From IMG/VR virus record IMGVR_UViG_3300030085_002643: DNA of 64,000 nt; one strand, given 5' to 3'. This DNA comes from an uncultured virus (IMG/VR IMGVR_UViG_3300030085_002643). Its lineage: Duplodnaviria; Heunggongvirae; Uroviricota; Caudoviricetes; Kyanoviridae. Positions 36,791-45,270 of the stretch are shown here, in pieces (within the stretch, counting starts at the first letter, position 1; each line of letters begins with the position of its first letter). The translations under genes and the position numbers were made by a program. Under the pieces are notes generated by a model, which made no database searches, had not been told where the DNA came from, and saw only the letters and a list, made by a program, of their open reading frames with translations.

Positions 36791-37930
36791 ATGAACCGAG
36801 CGCAACGCCGTAAACAGCGGATCAATGTCGATGATCTGTTGTACATCGAAGAAATTATTTCAATCGACGAGTGGCATGAAGAGTGGGAAGTATGTCCTAT
36901 TCAAAGAGACCACGAAGAGAGAGCGAAGAAACCAAAACATCGACAAAAGTTTTCTAAACTAGAATCATCACACTTGGAAGTTGATGGTGCTATTCTAACC
37001 AAGGATTGCTACGATCCTGAGACAAAACAGACATATAAAGCAGGCACAAAATTCAAGACTAATGGTCACACTAGGGATGCACACTGGTGGTCCGATGATA
37101 CTGCTGACTGGATGCCTGAAAAAGTTCGTGTGAAATATAAGAAGCACGAAGATATGGCAAGCATCTATAAAGAGTATTTGATGCATGATAATCCTGATGA
37201 TGCTGAGATTGCATCTGATCGTGTTGATGGTGCTTACCGTGCTGTATTTGGTGACAGACAAATTGTCATCAAGGATGGTAAATTGAGGAAGGTCGAACCA
37301 ATTCAGTTTGCTGCTATTCAATGCTTCCCTAACAAATACACCACAAAGATGAAGACCAATACGGTTAACATCAAACTGTGGGTTAGTGATATTGAAGATG
37401 CTATTCTCTGGGTCCGTAGTATCTTCCTCGATGATGAGTTTGACTGCTATGGTCAAACAAATCTACCACACTATAATCCATTCACATGGGCATATTTTGT
37501 TTCTTTCATGAAGCACAAAGATGATCCCGAAGCACTTGCTAAACTCAAAGATCTAATCCTGAGAGTATCGAACTATGAAATGGTGATCAACCCGCAAACA
37601 ATGAGGGAGGATCGGTTTAATACATTGAACTGGTTAATGAGAGAGTGGCAACAACTCAAAGCAGGGACATCTAGGTATGTTCAAACTGCTGCTATGAACG
37701 GTAATGTACCATCCCAAAACATGAAGTCATTTACGCTTATGTGTATTGACTATTATATTGAAGGGAAATACTTCAGCAAAGATGGATCTATGAGAGGTGT
37801 AAACTGGAAGCAGTATCTTAACGAGTGGGAACTGGCGTATAAAGTATCACACGGCATGACAACATCCACTGAAGTTAGCACACTGCCATTTGAATTCTTT
37901 CCCGATGATGAGGAAGAAGACGTAGCGTGA
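36791..37930 (+). CDS. ParB/Srx-like N-terminal domain protein
   Basis: PIQRD...TNGHTR resembles the QR...DGxHR motifs of ParB-like NTPase domains. Confidence 0.5.
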   Translation: MNRAQRRKQRINVDDLLYIEEIISIDEWHEEWEVCPIQRDHEERAKKPKHRQKFSKLESSHLEVDGAILTKDCYDPETKQTYKAGTKFKTNGHTRDAHWWSDDTADWMPEKVRVKYKKHEDMASIYKEYLMHDNPDDAEIASDRVDGAYRAVFGDRQIVIKDGKLRKVEPIQFAAIQCFPNKYTTKMKTNTVNIKLWVSDIEDAILWVRSIFLDDEFDCYGQTNLPHYNPFTWAYFVSFMKHKDDPEALAKLKDLILRVSNYEMVINPQTMREDRFNTLNWLMREWQQLKAGTSRYVQTAAMNGNVPSQNMKSFTLMCIDYYIEGKYFSKDGSMRGVNWKQYLNEWELAYKVSHGMTTSTEVSTLPFEFFPDDEEEDVA

Positions 37931-37988
37931 GACAGTTGGCATAGTGTCACAGACCCCTTGACAGGGGTCTTTTTTCATGCGATACTAT
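37929..37988 (+). promoter_or_regulatory. palindromic promoter cassette copy 3; hairpin doubles as a terminator
   Basis: GAGACAGT-tggcat-AGTGTCAC; AGACCCC-TTGACA-GGGGTCT followed by a T run; GATACT/TACTAT -10. Confidence 0.75.
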
Positions 37989-38008
37989 AGTCATAGTCAA
38001 GGTTTTAC

Positions 38009-39244
38009 ATGCAATTACGTCCCCATCAACAACGTGCATTCGATGCTATGCAAGCATCAAATGTTGGTCAGGTCATCGTACCTACTGGTGGTGGCAAGAC
38101 TTATATCATGATCGCTGATTGCAAGGCACAGACTTCACCAACTACAACAGTTGTTGTTGCTCCTCGTATTCTTCTTGCCAATCAATTGTGCGAAGAGTTC
38201 ATGTCACTAATCAGTGCTACATGGACACACGTTTATCACTGTCACAGTGGTGAAACTCATCATGCTAGTGGCACTAACCCTGAGAAACTTGCATTGTATG
38301 TAAATACCGCTCGCGCTGCAAAAGAGTCCGCGATTGTATTCACTACCTATCATTCTCTTCAGCGTGTTGTAGATAGTGGCATTGATATTGATACCATTTA
38401 TTTTGATGAAGCACACAATGGTTGCGGTCGTCACTTCTTCAAAGCACTATTTGCTACCGCACAGTATGCTAAGCGTCGTTATTATTTCACAGCAACTCCG
38501 CGTGTTGGACGTGGTGTAAGTGTTGCTCGCGGAATGAACAACACCGATATTTGGGGTGGTGTTCTTGAGAATGTTCCTGCTCAGGAACTCATCGCTAGTG
38601 GTGCAATCGTCCCCCCTAAAGTTGTTCCTTTCGAGACCAATCGCACTCGCACTAAGCACAATGCTCACGAGGTCGATGCTGACAACTTGAGAGATATGTT
38701 CGAGGATTTGAACACTGATCAAAATCCTAAAGTTTTGGTTGCTGCTCCATCTTCTAAGGTCCTTGGCAACATGCTCGGACAGACTGACATTCTTGATTAT
38801 TTCTATCGTGCTGGATATGATGTCATGCACATCACATCTAAGTTTGGTGCTATCATCAACGACAAGAAAGTTGGTCGCGAAGAATTCTTCACCACATTGC
38901 AAGAGTGGGGTGCTGATGACTCTAAAAAGTTCGTCATCTTCCACTATTCTATTCTCAGCGAAGGCATCAATGTTCCTGGTTTGACTCATACAATTTTGCT
39001 TCGCAATCTTCCTATCATTGAGATGGCACAGACTATCGGTCGTGTTATCCGTGTTCACAAAGATGACCGCGCTGCTGTTGCTGCTGGTAAGATTCCTGCT
39101 GGTGCATTTCACCTCTACAAAAAACGTGAAGGTGTTGTAACTATGCCAACTGGATATAAGATGGGTGATGCAATTGGCAAGCGATTGCAGAATGTTGTAA
39201 ACCAGATCTTTATTGAAGGTGTTCCCCCTCTTGCATATTGCTGA
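38009..39244 (+). CDS. SF2 DEAH-box helicase (restriction-Res-like)
   Basis: LRPHQ, PTGGGKT, TTYHS, DEAH, TATP, LSEGINVPGL, QTIGRVIR. Confidence 0.93.
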   Translation: MQLRPHQQRAFDAMQASNVGQVIVPTGGGKTYIMIADCKAQTSPTTTVVVAPRILLANQLCEEFMSLISATWTHVYHCHSGETHHASGTNPEKLALYVNTARAAKESAIVFTTYHSLQRVVDSGIDIDTIYFDEAHNGCGRHFFKALFATAQYAKRRYYFTATPRVGRGVSVARGMNNTDIWGGVLENVPAQELIASGAIVPPKVVPFETNRTRTKHNAHEVDADNLRDMFEDLNTDQNPKVLVAAPSSKVLGNMLGQTDILDYFYRAGYDVMHITSKFGAIINDKKVGREEFFTTLQEWGADDSKKFVIFHYSILSEGINVPGLTHTILLRNLPIIEMAQTIGRVIRVHKDDRAAVAAGKIPAGAFHLYKKREGVVTMPTGYKMGDAIGKRLQNVVNQIFIEGVPPLAYC

Positions 39245-40101
39245 TGAAATTAAGATCACAAAAAGATACCATATTGTATGGGGATTGTAGAGACACAATC
39301 CCCCAAATTCATGAGAGAGTTCAAATGTGTGTGACCTCTCCACCCTATTACGGTTTGCGCGATTATGGTGGACAAGATAAACAAATAGGACTGGAACAAA
39401 CACCAGAAAAATATATTGAAGAACTGGTAAATGTGTTTAGAAAAGTTCGTGATGTTTTATCTGATGATGGTACATTATGGGTGAATATTGGGGATAGTTA
39501 TTATAACTATCGACCAGGTAAAGGACAAGCATTAGTTCAACAAACTGTATCAAATACTAAACAAGATCTACCAGACAATTGTCCTCGTAGAGGTAACAAA
39601 TTAGATGGACTAAAAGAGAAAGATTTGATTGGCATTCCTTGGATGTTGGCGTTTGCATTAAGGGCAGATGGATGGTATCTAAGACAGGATATTATTTGGA
39701 ATAAACCTAATCCTATGCCAGAAAGTGTGAGAGATAGATGTACAAAATCACATGAATATATTTTCCTGCTCAGTAAAAGTCAGAACTATTATTTTGATGT
39801 GAATGCAATCAAGGAAGCAACGCGACGTAAGCGAAGTGTATGGAATGTTAAAACAAAACCATATAAGGGATCACATTGTGCAGTGTTTCCACCTGAATTA
39901 ATTGAACCGTGCATCAAAGCAGGTAGTGATATCAATCACACAATTTTGGATCCGTTTATGGGATCAGGCACGACTGCAATGGTTGCTAAACAATTAGGGA
40001 GACATTATATTGGATGTGAGTTACATCCAGAATATAAAAATCTCATCAATGATAGAATACCTAACACTGCATTGAGCGACCTGATACAGTGTGACAGTTG
40101 A
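39244..40101 (+). CDS. N4-cytosine/N6-adenine DNA methyltransferase (beta class)
   Basis: TSPPY (motif IV) before DPFMGSGTT (motif I); TGATG coupling to the helicase. Confidence 0.93.
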   Translation: MKLRSQKDTILYGDCRDTIPQIHERVQMCVTSPPYYGLRDYGGQDKQIGLEQTPEKYIEELVNVFRKVRDVLSDDGTLWVNIGDSYYNYRPGKGQALVQQTVSNTKQDLPDNCPRRGNKLDGLKEKDLIGIPWMLAFALRADGWYLRQDIIWNKPNPMPESVRDRCTKSHEYIFLLSKSQNYYFDVNAIKEATRRKRSVWNVKTKPYKGSHCAVFPPELIEPCIKAGSDINHTILDPFMGSGTTAMVAKQLGRHYIGCELHPEYKNLINDRIPNTALSDLIQCDS

Positions 40102-40150
40102 CATACTGTCCACTCATGCCCCCACAGGGTCCGATTCCATGTCATACTAT
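40091..40150 (+). promoter_or_regulatory. palindromic promoter cassette copy 4
   Basis: GTGACAGT-tgacat-ACTGTCCAC...gggtccgattccatgtCATACTAT. Confidence 0.8.
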
Positions 40151-40175
40151 GTTTATAGCAATCAAGGAAACAAAC

Positions 40176-40598
40176 ATGTCCACAAACGCTCGCATCGGTC
40201 TCAAACTTGACGATAACAATATCGTCTCTGTTTATCATCATTGGGATGGTTATCCTGAGTGGTTGGGTAAGCAACTCGTCGATAAATATACTACACGCGA
40301 TCAAATTGAAGAACTAATTGATGGCGGTGACATCTCTTGTATCGCTTCAGATTCTGATTGGAACTTGAATGATGTACCTGAGCATGTTCAATATTATTCT
40401 CATCGTGGTGAAGACTGTCCACCTAAACTTGCTGAAAGTGTGAGCGAGTATTTTGAGCAGTGTGATAACTGTGGTGCTGAATATGGATATGTATTTGAAA
40501 AAGGTGAGTGGTTTGTATATAATACCGCTGCTTGGGCGGGTCCAGTAGGTGTTGCAATTGACTTGCATGAAAGGATCGCTAGAACAGAGGGCAAATAA
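40176..40598 (+). CDS. conserved hypothetical phage protein
   Basis: MSTNARIG...SVYHHWDGYPEWLG; start at ATG 40176. Confidence 0.85.
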   Translation: MSTNARIGLKLDDNNIVSVYHHWDGYPEWLGKQLVDKYTTRDQIEELIDGGDISCIASDSDWNLNDVPEHVQYYSHRGEDCPPKLAESVSEYFEQCDNCGAEYGYVFEKGEWFVYNTAAWAGPVGVAIDLHERIARTEGK

Positions 40599-40822
40599 TG
40601 AAAAGATTCATTCAGTCAATACAATTTGATTTCACAAATCATTTTGGCAATCCATACACAAATACATCTAAAGATCAGCAAGAAGAAATCATTGCTGATG
40701 CTAAAAATGTGATGTGGGATGCATCAACTCAAGAAGAGTTAAAACAACAATTGGAAATAACATATGGTTATCAAGTAATTAACGTTACTTCAGATTTCTA
40801 TCTTCCAGTAGAGTATGTGTGA
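40598..40822 (+). CDS. hypothetical protein
   Basis: TAATG coupled; stop codon lies in cassette 5. Confidence 0.75.
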   Translation: MKRFIQSIQFDFTNHFGNPYTNTSKDQQEEIIADAKNVMWDASTQEELKQQLEITYGYQVINVTSDFYLPVEYV

Positions 40823-40878
40823 CAGTTGGCATAGTGTCCACTGATCGCCCCATTGGGTCCGATTCCATGTCATACTAT
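40819..40878 (+). promoter_or_regulatory. palindromic promoter cassette copy 5
   Basis: GTGACAGT-tggcat-AGTGTCCAC...gggtccgattccatgtCATACTAT. Confidence 0.8.
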
Positions 40879-40900
40879 ACTCATAGTTAAGCAATCAACC

Positions 40901-41092
40901 ATGCGTTTTTACACCAAAGCACAAGTCCTTGAGCAGTTCCGTTACAACTGGAAAGTTGCAACAATGCAGAATCCTCGCCTTAAAGGTGATGTCGTCGCAA
41001 AGCGCGAAGACTGGAACAATTTCACTGACATGTTATGCAAGTGCAACGAAATCAGCATGAATCAGTACAACAACTGGACAAACCCTTTTTAA
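40901..41092 (+). CDS. hypothetical protein
   Basis: MRFYTKAQVLEQFRYNW...WTNPF. Confidence 0.75.
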   Translation: MRFYTKAQVLEQFRYNWKVATMQNPRLKGDVVAKREDWNNFTDMLCKCNEISMNQYNNWTNPF

Positions 41093-41232
41093 TGGAGAAA
41101 CTTATGTCATGTGACACAAATACAGAGATTTTAGAAAATCTCTTTGAACAAGTTCAGGAAGAATATCCTGACTTGACTGAAATCGAACAGGCAACAATCG
41201 CATCCCAACGTTTTTGGAATCTCGCACAATGA
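41092..41232 (+). CDS. hypothetical protein
   Basis: ATG at 41092 coupled to the upstream stop. Confidence 0.65.
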   Translation: MEKLMSCDTNTEILENLFEQVQEEYPDLTEIEQATIASQRFWNLAQ

Positions 41233-41426
41233 CCGCTTCGTTCCCTATTCTCAGCAAGATGATTCACTCTAAAAAAATGATCATTGACGTGATCAAAACT
41301 TGTGAAGACATTGACACACTGAACCGCAATTCACGGTTCGAGGTATTTTGTAGAGTATGTGACAACTTGTTGGAAGAGGGAAGAATCACTAAAGCAAATC
41401 ACACTCGTTGGACCAACATTTTTTGA
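41229..41426 (+). CDS. hypothetical protein
   Basis: ...FEVFCRVCDNLLEEGRIT...RWTNIF; C-terminus resembles that of 40901-41092. Confidence 0.7.
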   Translation: MTASFPILSKMIHSKKMIIDVIKTCEDIDTLNRNSRFEVFCRVCDNLLEEGRITKANHTRWTNIF

Positions 41427-41428
41427 TC

Positions 41429-41605
41429 ATGAACAACTTCCAACTGTTAGAACTGAGTAACGAAATTCAAGAGCACATTTCAGTTGCTGGTGAACTTTGG
41501 GAACTAAGTGACTTTGAAATTACCGCTCTGTGTGGTATCGTCGCGGATGCATTCTCATCGCGTGGTATTTCAATGCAACAAACACTAGGAGGAAAAAATG
41601 ACTGA
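41429..41605 (+). CDS. hypothetical protein
   Basis: ATG at 41429, tightly packed operon. Confidence 0.65.
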   Translation: MNNFQLLELSNEIQEHISVAGELWELSDFEITALCGIVADAFSSRGISMQQTLGGKND

Positions 41606-41828
41606 CAAAAAGAACATCGAAGACGTAACTGACTCACCTGAAGATTGGGATGATTTTTGGTTCAATGAAGATCTGGGATTGTCTTACTCTATGTCAGAGG
41701 ATGACATTGAAGAGTTAATGAAAGAACGTCCAGAGTTTTCAAATCCATCAATCAACGCTAATTACGTTCAGGACGTAATCAACGGCAAAAACGTATTCCG
41801 CCGTTCAAATTCACCTCTATCTGACTGA
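41598..41828 (+). CDS. hypothetical acidic protein
   Basis: AGGAGG RBS. Confidence 0.7.
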   Translation: MTDKKNIEDVTDSPEDWDDFWFNEDLGLSYSMSEDDIEELMKERPEFSNPSINANYVQDVINGKNVFRRSNSPLSD

Positions 41829-41832
41829 TACA

Positions 41833-42042
41833 ATGCAAACTCAAGAACGCGATCAATGTATTGACAAGATGGCAAATCATCTTTTCAGTGTGATGCAAGA
41901 ATGCATCAAAGATGACCGTAATGAAGATGCTCTCGCCATTTGTGAAGAGTGGATGGTAGATGGAAAAGATCCGCAAGATGAAGATACTGAATATATTTTT
42001 ATTCCTAACATAACTTACGGCGATTGGACATGGGATGTGTGA
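41833..42042 (+). CDS. hypothetical protein
   Basis: 69 aa; stop codon lies in cassette 6. Confidence 0.75.
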   Translation: MQTQERDQCIDKMANHLFSVMQECIKDDRNEDALAICEEWMVDGKDPQDEDTEYIFIPNITYGDWTWDV

Positions 42043-42118
42043 CAGTACGATTAGTGGCACACGTTAACACCATTTGATGTTTATATGCCCTATTATATGT
42101 ACATAACAAACAAAGGAC
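42039..42118 (+). promoter_or_regulatory. palindromic promoter cassette copy 6
   Basis: GTGACAGT-acgatt-AGTGGCAC...TATTAT...gtacataacaaacaaagg. Confidence 0.75.
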
Positions 42119-42122
42119 ATTT

Positions 42123-42341
42123 ATGGACAAAACTCAAACAATCATGAACAGAATCGTGCAGGTAGACAACTTTCAAAATGTAGCATGTTTCTGTGCTGAC
42201 TGGAAAGAATTCGTTGAAGAGTTAGCAGAGTGGGGTGTTGATGGATGTGCAAAAATCGATTTTGATGATCCTGAGTTAGATGTTGATAAATTAGATGCAT
42301 TCATTCATGCAGAAAACGGTTATGTAAGGGAGGTTGCTTAA
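42123..42341 (+). CDS. hypothetical protein
   Basis: 72 aa ORF after cassette 6. Confidence 0.75.
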   Translation: MDKTQTIMNRIVQVDNFQNVACFCADWKEFVEELAEWGVDGCAKIDFDDPELDVDKLDAFIHAENGYVREVA

Positions 42342-42584
42342 ATGTCATCATTACACGATTTCGTTCTCTATGTTTGGGACTTCTATGGTTCTAACGGTTT
42401 ATATCCAATAGAGGGTTTACAGAAACAACACATTTTTGACGCCTTTGAGATCTACAAAAATAGACTTGAAAAAGGTGATCTAGAGCACGTTCATTATACA
42501 TGGGGTGGCGGTGATAGTCTTGACAGAGAGAGAATAAGAGAGATAATCCTAGAATTTAACTTACATCAAATGGAGGTCGTTTAG
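42342..42584 (+). CDS. hypothetical protein
   Basis: FYG.NGLYP...GDSLDRER. Confidence 0.75.
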   Translation: MSSLHDFVLYVWDFYGSNGLYPIEGLQKQHIFDAFEIYKNRLEKGDLEHVHYTWGGGDSLDRERIREIILEFNLHQMEVV

Positions 42585-42585
42585 T

Positions 42586-42729
42586 ATGATCAAATTAGAA
42601 TTAACTACAGATCAATTTGATGAACTTTACAAAGCAGTTAAAACATATCCTGATCTGAGAAAGATTCTTGACAAACATACTACAACTAAGAAGCATAAAC
42701 CAGTAAAACTAAATGAACCAGATTGGTAG
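42586..42729 (+). CDS. hypothetical protein (47 aa)
   Basis: Manual ORF MIKLELTTDQF...EPDW with GGAGG RBS. Confidence 0.6.
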   Translation: MIKLELTTDQFDELYKAVKTYPDLRKILDKHTTTKKHKPVKLNEPDW

Positions 42730-42808
42730 TGACAGTTCAATTACTGTCACACCATTTCCCCATTGCCATTAGTCACCCTCTATAATAAGTACATACAAAC
42801 AAATCAAA
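42729..42808 (+). promoter_or_regulatory. palindromic promoter cassette copy 7 (perfect palindrome)
   Basis: GTGACAGT-tcaatt-ACTGTCAC...cTATAATaagtacatacaaacaaa. Confidence 0.85.
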
Positions 42809-42812
42809 GCAC

Positions 42813-43274
42813 ATGCCAAACATTTCACTAGCAGATTTCACAGCAAAGCAAAAAGTTGAAAATGCCGCTATCATCGAAGTTGAGCAATATTCCGCTGAAT
42901 TATGTGAACGTTTGGAAGCACAAATGCTAGAGTATAGCATTCGCATGGTTAAGCGTAATGCTAACATTTTTGGTGGATCTCGCGAGGATCTTTCCGACTA
43001 TGCAAAAGAGAGACTTAAGGACCTTGAAGAGAATGGAATCGAGGACACTTTTACAATTTCTAGTGGTAGAAAATACCATAAAGTGATTCACAATGATAAA
43101 GGTGGACACGGTTCAGTTCATGCATTTATTGACAAAAAAACAGGTGATGTATATAAACCTGCATCATGGAATAAACCCGCTAAGCATGTTCGTTACAATT
43201 TGTTAGAAAGGGAATCACGCCAGTTGATGTTTGGTCAACTTGACTGGGCGGGTGGTTACCTATATGCCAGATGA
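42813..43274 (+). CDS. conserved hypothetical phage protein
   Basis: GRKYHK...SVHAFIDKKTGDVYKPASW..PAKHVRYNL...DWAGGYLY. Confidence 0.85.
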   Translation: MPNISLADFTAKQKVENAAIIEVEQYSAELCERLEAQMLEYSIRMVKRNANIFGGSREDLSDYAKERLKDLEENGIEDTFTISSGRKYHKVIHNDKGGHGSVHAFIDKKTGDVYKPASWNKPAKHVRYNLLERESRQLMFGQLDWAGGYLYAR

Positions 43275-43321
43275 GATAGTGGCACAGGGGCGGTTGAAAC
43301 TGCCCCATTTTCGTGTATTGT
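43264..43321 (+). promoter_or_regulatory. palindromic promoter cassette copy 8 with -35 in a hairpin loop
   Basis: ATGCCAGA-tgagat-AGTGGCAC; GGGGCGG-TTGAAA-CTGCCCC; TATTGT. Confidence 0.65.
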
Positions 43322-43345
43322 ACAAGAGTCAAAGGAACAAAGCAA

Positions 43346-43597
43346 ATGCAACTCACATCAATCGGCGCAAACATGGTTGTTGATTTCTATCCCGTCAAGT
43401 TTGCTGATGGTGAGATCAGCACCCGTTACATTCTGAAGACTGTTACATTCATGGGACAATCTCAGTCAAAGCGTTATATTCTCAAGCGTGATTTTGAGCG
43501 CGAGGTAGATTCCCGCGTTGAGGGTTATGGTTACGAAGTGACAGACATGCACACTGAACCGCAACTTTTTAACTCGGCAATGTGTCTTGCCTGCTGA
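43346..43597 (+). CDS. hypothetical protein
   Basis: MQLTS..ANMVVDFYP; start at ATG 43346. Confidence 0.75.
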   Translation: MQLTSIGANMVVDFYPVKFADGEISTRYILKTVTFMGQSQSKRYILKRDFEREVDSRVEGYGYEVTDMHTEPQLFNSAMCLAC

Positions 43598-43630
43598 TAA
43601 CATTTTCAAACAACATTTTTTTCTAAATTC

Positions 43631-43849
43631 ATGACTATTTCCGACAATCCTCGTTTCATTCAAGCAATCGCGGATCTTCCAAATTTCATTGCTGATGTCA
43701 ATCCTGATATTGACATGGCATATGACTGGATCGCAGAAATGTGCGAAATTCCCTCTTTCGTTCATGATAACAAAGCATGGGATCTTTTCTATGATCAGTT
43801 CACAGATCATAGCAATGAATACAGAACTTACGAAACAATTTTTGGATGA
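43631..43849 (+). CDS. hypothetical protein
   Basis: 72 aa ORF. Confidence 0.7.
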   Translation: MTISDNPRFIQAIADLPNFIADVNPDIDMAYDWIAEMCEIPSFVHDNKAWDLFYDQFTDHSNEYRTYETIFG

Positions 43850-43899
43850 TCAGAACACTTTCAAAAAAACGTTCCTCTAAAGATCTTCTTTCAATCCAC

Positions 43900-44016
43900 A
43901 TGAAATTTCTTTTAATTGTTGCTTGCGGGTTCCTGTTTTATACATCAAACAATGCTAGAACAGTCGCCGCTGATAGTCTTAACACAGTTTCCGAATTTAT
44001 TCGACCTGTACAGTGA
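43900..44016 (+). CDS. small membrane/exported peptide (38 aa)
   Basis: MKFLLIVACGFLFYTSNNAR...; stop codon lies in cassette 9. Confidence 0.6.
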   Translation: MKFLLIVACGFLFYTSNNARTVAADSLNTVSEFIRPVQ

Positions 44017-44090
44017 CAGTTCTATTAGTGGCACATTAATGCTTCCATTGTGGTGCCCATCCCCTATAATAAGTACATAACAAACAAAGC
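44013..44090 (+). promoter_or_regulatory. palindromic promoter cassette copy 9
   Basis: GTGACAGT-tctatt-AGTGGCAC...cTATAATaagtacataacaaacaaagc. Confidence 0.8.
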
Positions 44091-44098
44091 AACACATC

Positions 44099-44431
44099 AT
44101 GAGAAAAATCGAACAGCAAATGAACAACGCAATCAGAAACGGAATTGCATGGTCTAATTCTAACACTTGCACTACGTTCGATCCTACAAACAATATGGCG
44201 TGTGAGGTATATCTACATGGCAATCATATCGCAACAGTAACAGACAGCGAGGTTATTTTGTTTGATGGTGGTTATCAGTCAAACACCACTAAATCACGTT
44301 TGAATGCTATCATCAATGAATTTTGTGATGGCACTAAAAATGGTGTATTCCAGAAAAATTGGACTTGGTATGTATCTGATAATGGTGAAACTAAAGAGTT
44401 TACAAACGGCATCGCTCTTGAGGTCGCTTAA
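44099..44431 (+). CDS. conserved hypothetical phage protein
   Basis: MRKIEQQMNNAI...VYLHGNHIA...TTKSRLNA...VFQKNWTWY. Confidence 0.85.
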   Translation: MRKIEQQMNNAIRNGIAWSNSNTCTTFDPTNNMACEVYLHGNHIATVTDSEVILFDGGYQSNTTKSRLNAIINEFCDGTKNGVFQKNWTWYVSDNGETKEFTNGIALEVA

Positions 44432-44569
44432 ATGAGAATTTTTCTTTCTTGCCTCGTTGTTATCATCGGGGCAAATATTGGTCTATCCTTAATAAACTCA
44501 TTCCAGGATATGCAAGATGACAAAATGCAGAAACTATGTAAAATAGATAGTAGTTATTGCATCAAATAA
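44432..44569 (+). CDS. small membrane peptide (45 aa)
   Basis: Manual ORF MRIFLSCLVVIIGANIG...LCKIDSSYCIK. Confidence 0.6.
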   Translation: MRIFLSCLVVIIGANIGLSLINSFQDMQDDKMQKLCKIDSSYCIK

Positions 44570-44571
44570 AA

Positions 44572-44802
44572 GTGCATCATGTATTATACGAATGGAGCGA
44601 ATTAGTTGAGATCGATAAGCACGTTGAACAATTAGAGACGGCGATAACATCCGTCAATCAATTGGTGAAGTCGTTACACAAAACCGACAATCAACACTTA
44701 TACAATTATTCCCTGATTTCTATCCGCAATGAATTACAAAAGCAACTCGATCAAATACTATCACAATTCCCCAATTATGAGGAATTACGAGATAAGAACT
44801 AA
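44572..44802 (+). CDS. hypothetical coiled-coil protein
   Basis: GTG start at 44572, in frame with the track ORF. Confidence 0.6.
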   Translation: MHHVLYEWSELVEIDKHVEQLETAITSVNQLVKSLHKTDNQHLYNYSLISIRNELQKQLDQILSQFPNYEELRDKN

Positions 44803-44814
44803 GGAGGTTCATTC

Positions 44815-45057
44815 ATGCAATTAGGCGACAAAATTGAATATCAAAATGTAAAAGGTTACATAACATTCTTATCGGATGATTATATTACCTATTGCATTCA
44901 TGAATATAACAAACCGCCCGAAGTTGCCACGCATTCACGTCACCCAACTAATCAAGTCAATGTACTCATCTTCCGATCAGAATGGCGTCACATTAAGAGA
45001 ACAACTGAAGTACGTCAAGATAACATTAAAAGAGATATCTGTAATCCTGTGGAATAG
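44815..45057 (+). CDS. hypothetical protein
   Basis: AAGGAGG RBS; 80 aa. Confidence 0.75.
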   Translation: MQLGDKIEYQNVKGYITFLSDDYITYCIHEYNKPPEVATHSRHPTNQVNVLIFRSEWRHIKRTTEVRQDNIKRDICNPVE

Positions 45058-45155
45058 TTTTAGAGATCATATTATAAAAGAGAGAGAAAACAAAGGCACA
45101 GACACAAAATAATAGTTTTCCACAAATAATGCGGAAATTGTGGAAATGTGGAAAA
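45048..45155. repeat. cluster of DnaA-box-like 9-mers
   Basis: TTTTCCACA (45116-45124), TGTGGAAAA (45147-45155), TGTGGAAAT (45139-45147), TGTGGAATA (45048-45056), TGCGGAAAT (45130-45138). Confidence 0.55.
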
Positions 45156-45270
45156 AAACCTATTTGTGTGTTTTATCTCCCTCTAAATGTCTCCGTAAAT
45201 TACACCCTTAGCACGTCTCCTAACAGTTGTCAACCCCTGTGAGAATACTCGGATATATGTACAGAGGGTC

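Noticed and set aside
38447..39403. 318-aa minus-strand ORF
   Set aside because: Antisense shadow of the motif-complete helicase; no recognisable motifs.
34055..44090. CRISPR array or integron attC array formed by the palindromic repeats
   Set aside because: Spacing is irregular (0.5-2.5 kb), the repeats are degenerate and tied to -10 boxes, and there is no cas or integrase gene in the window.
42330..44434. Recurrent gene endings EVA*/EVV* (gaggt.gcttaaatg) as a C-terminal tag
   Set aside because: Most simply the GAGG Shine-Dalgarno of the next gene encoded in the upstream tail.
44876..45112. 78-aa ORF extending into the origin-like region
   Set aside because: Overlaps the RBS-supported 44815-45057 gene in another frame and lacks an RBS.
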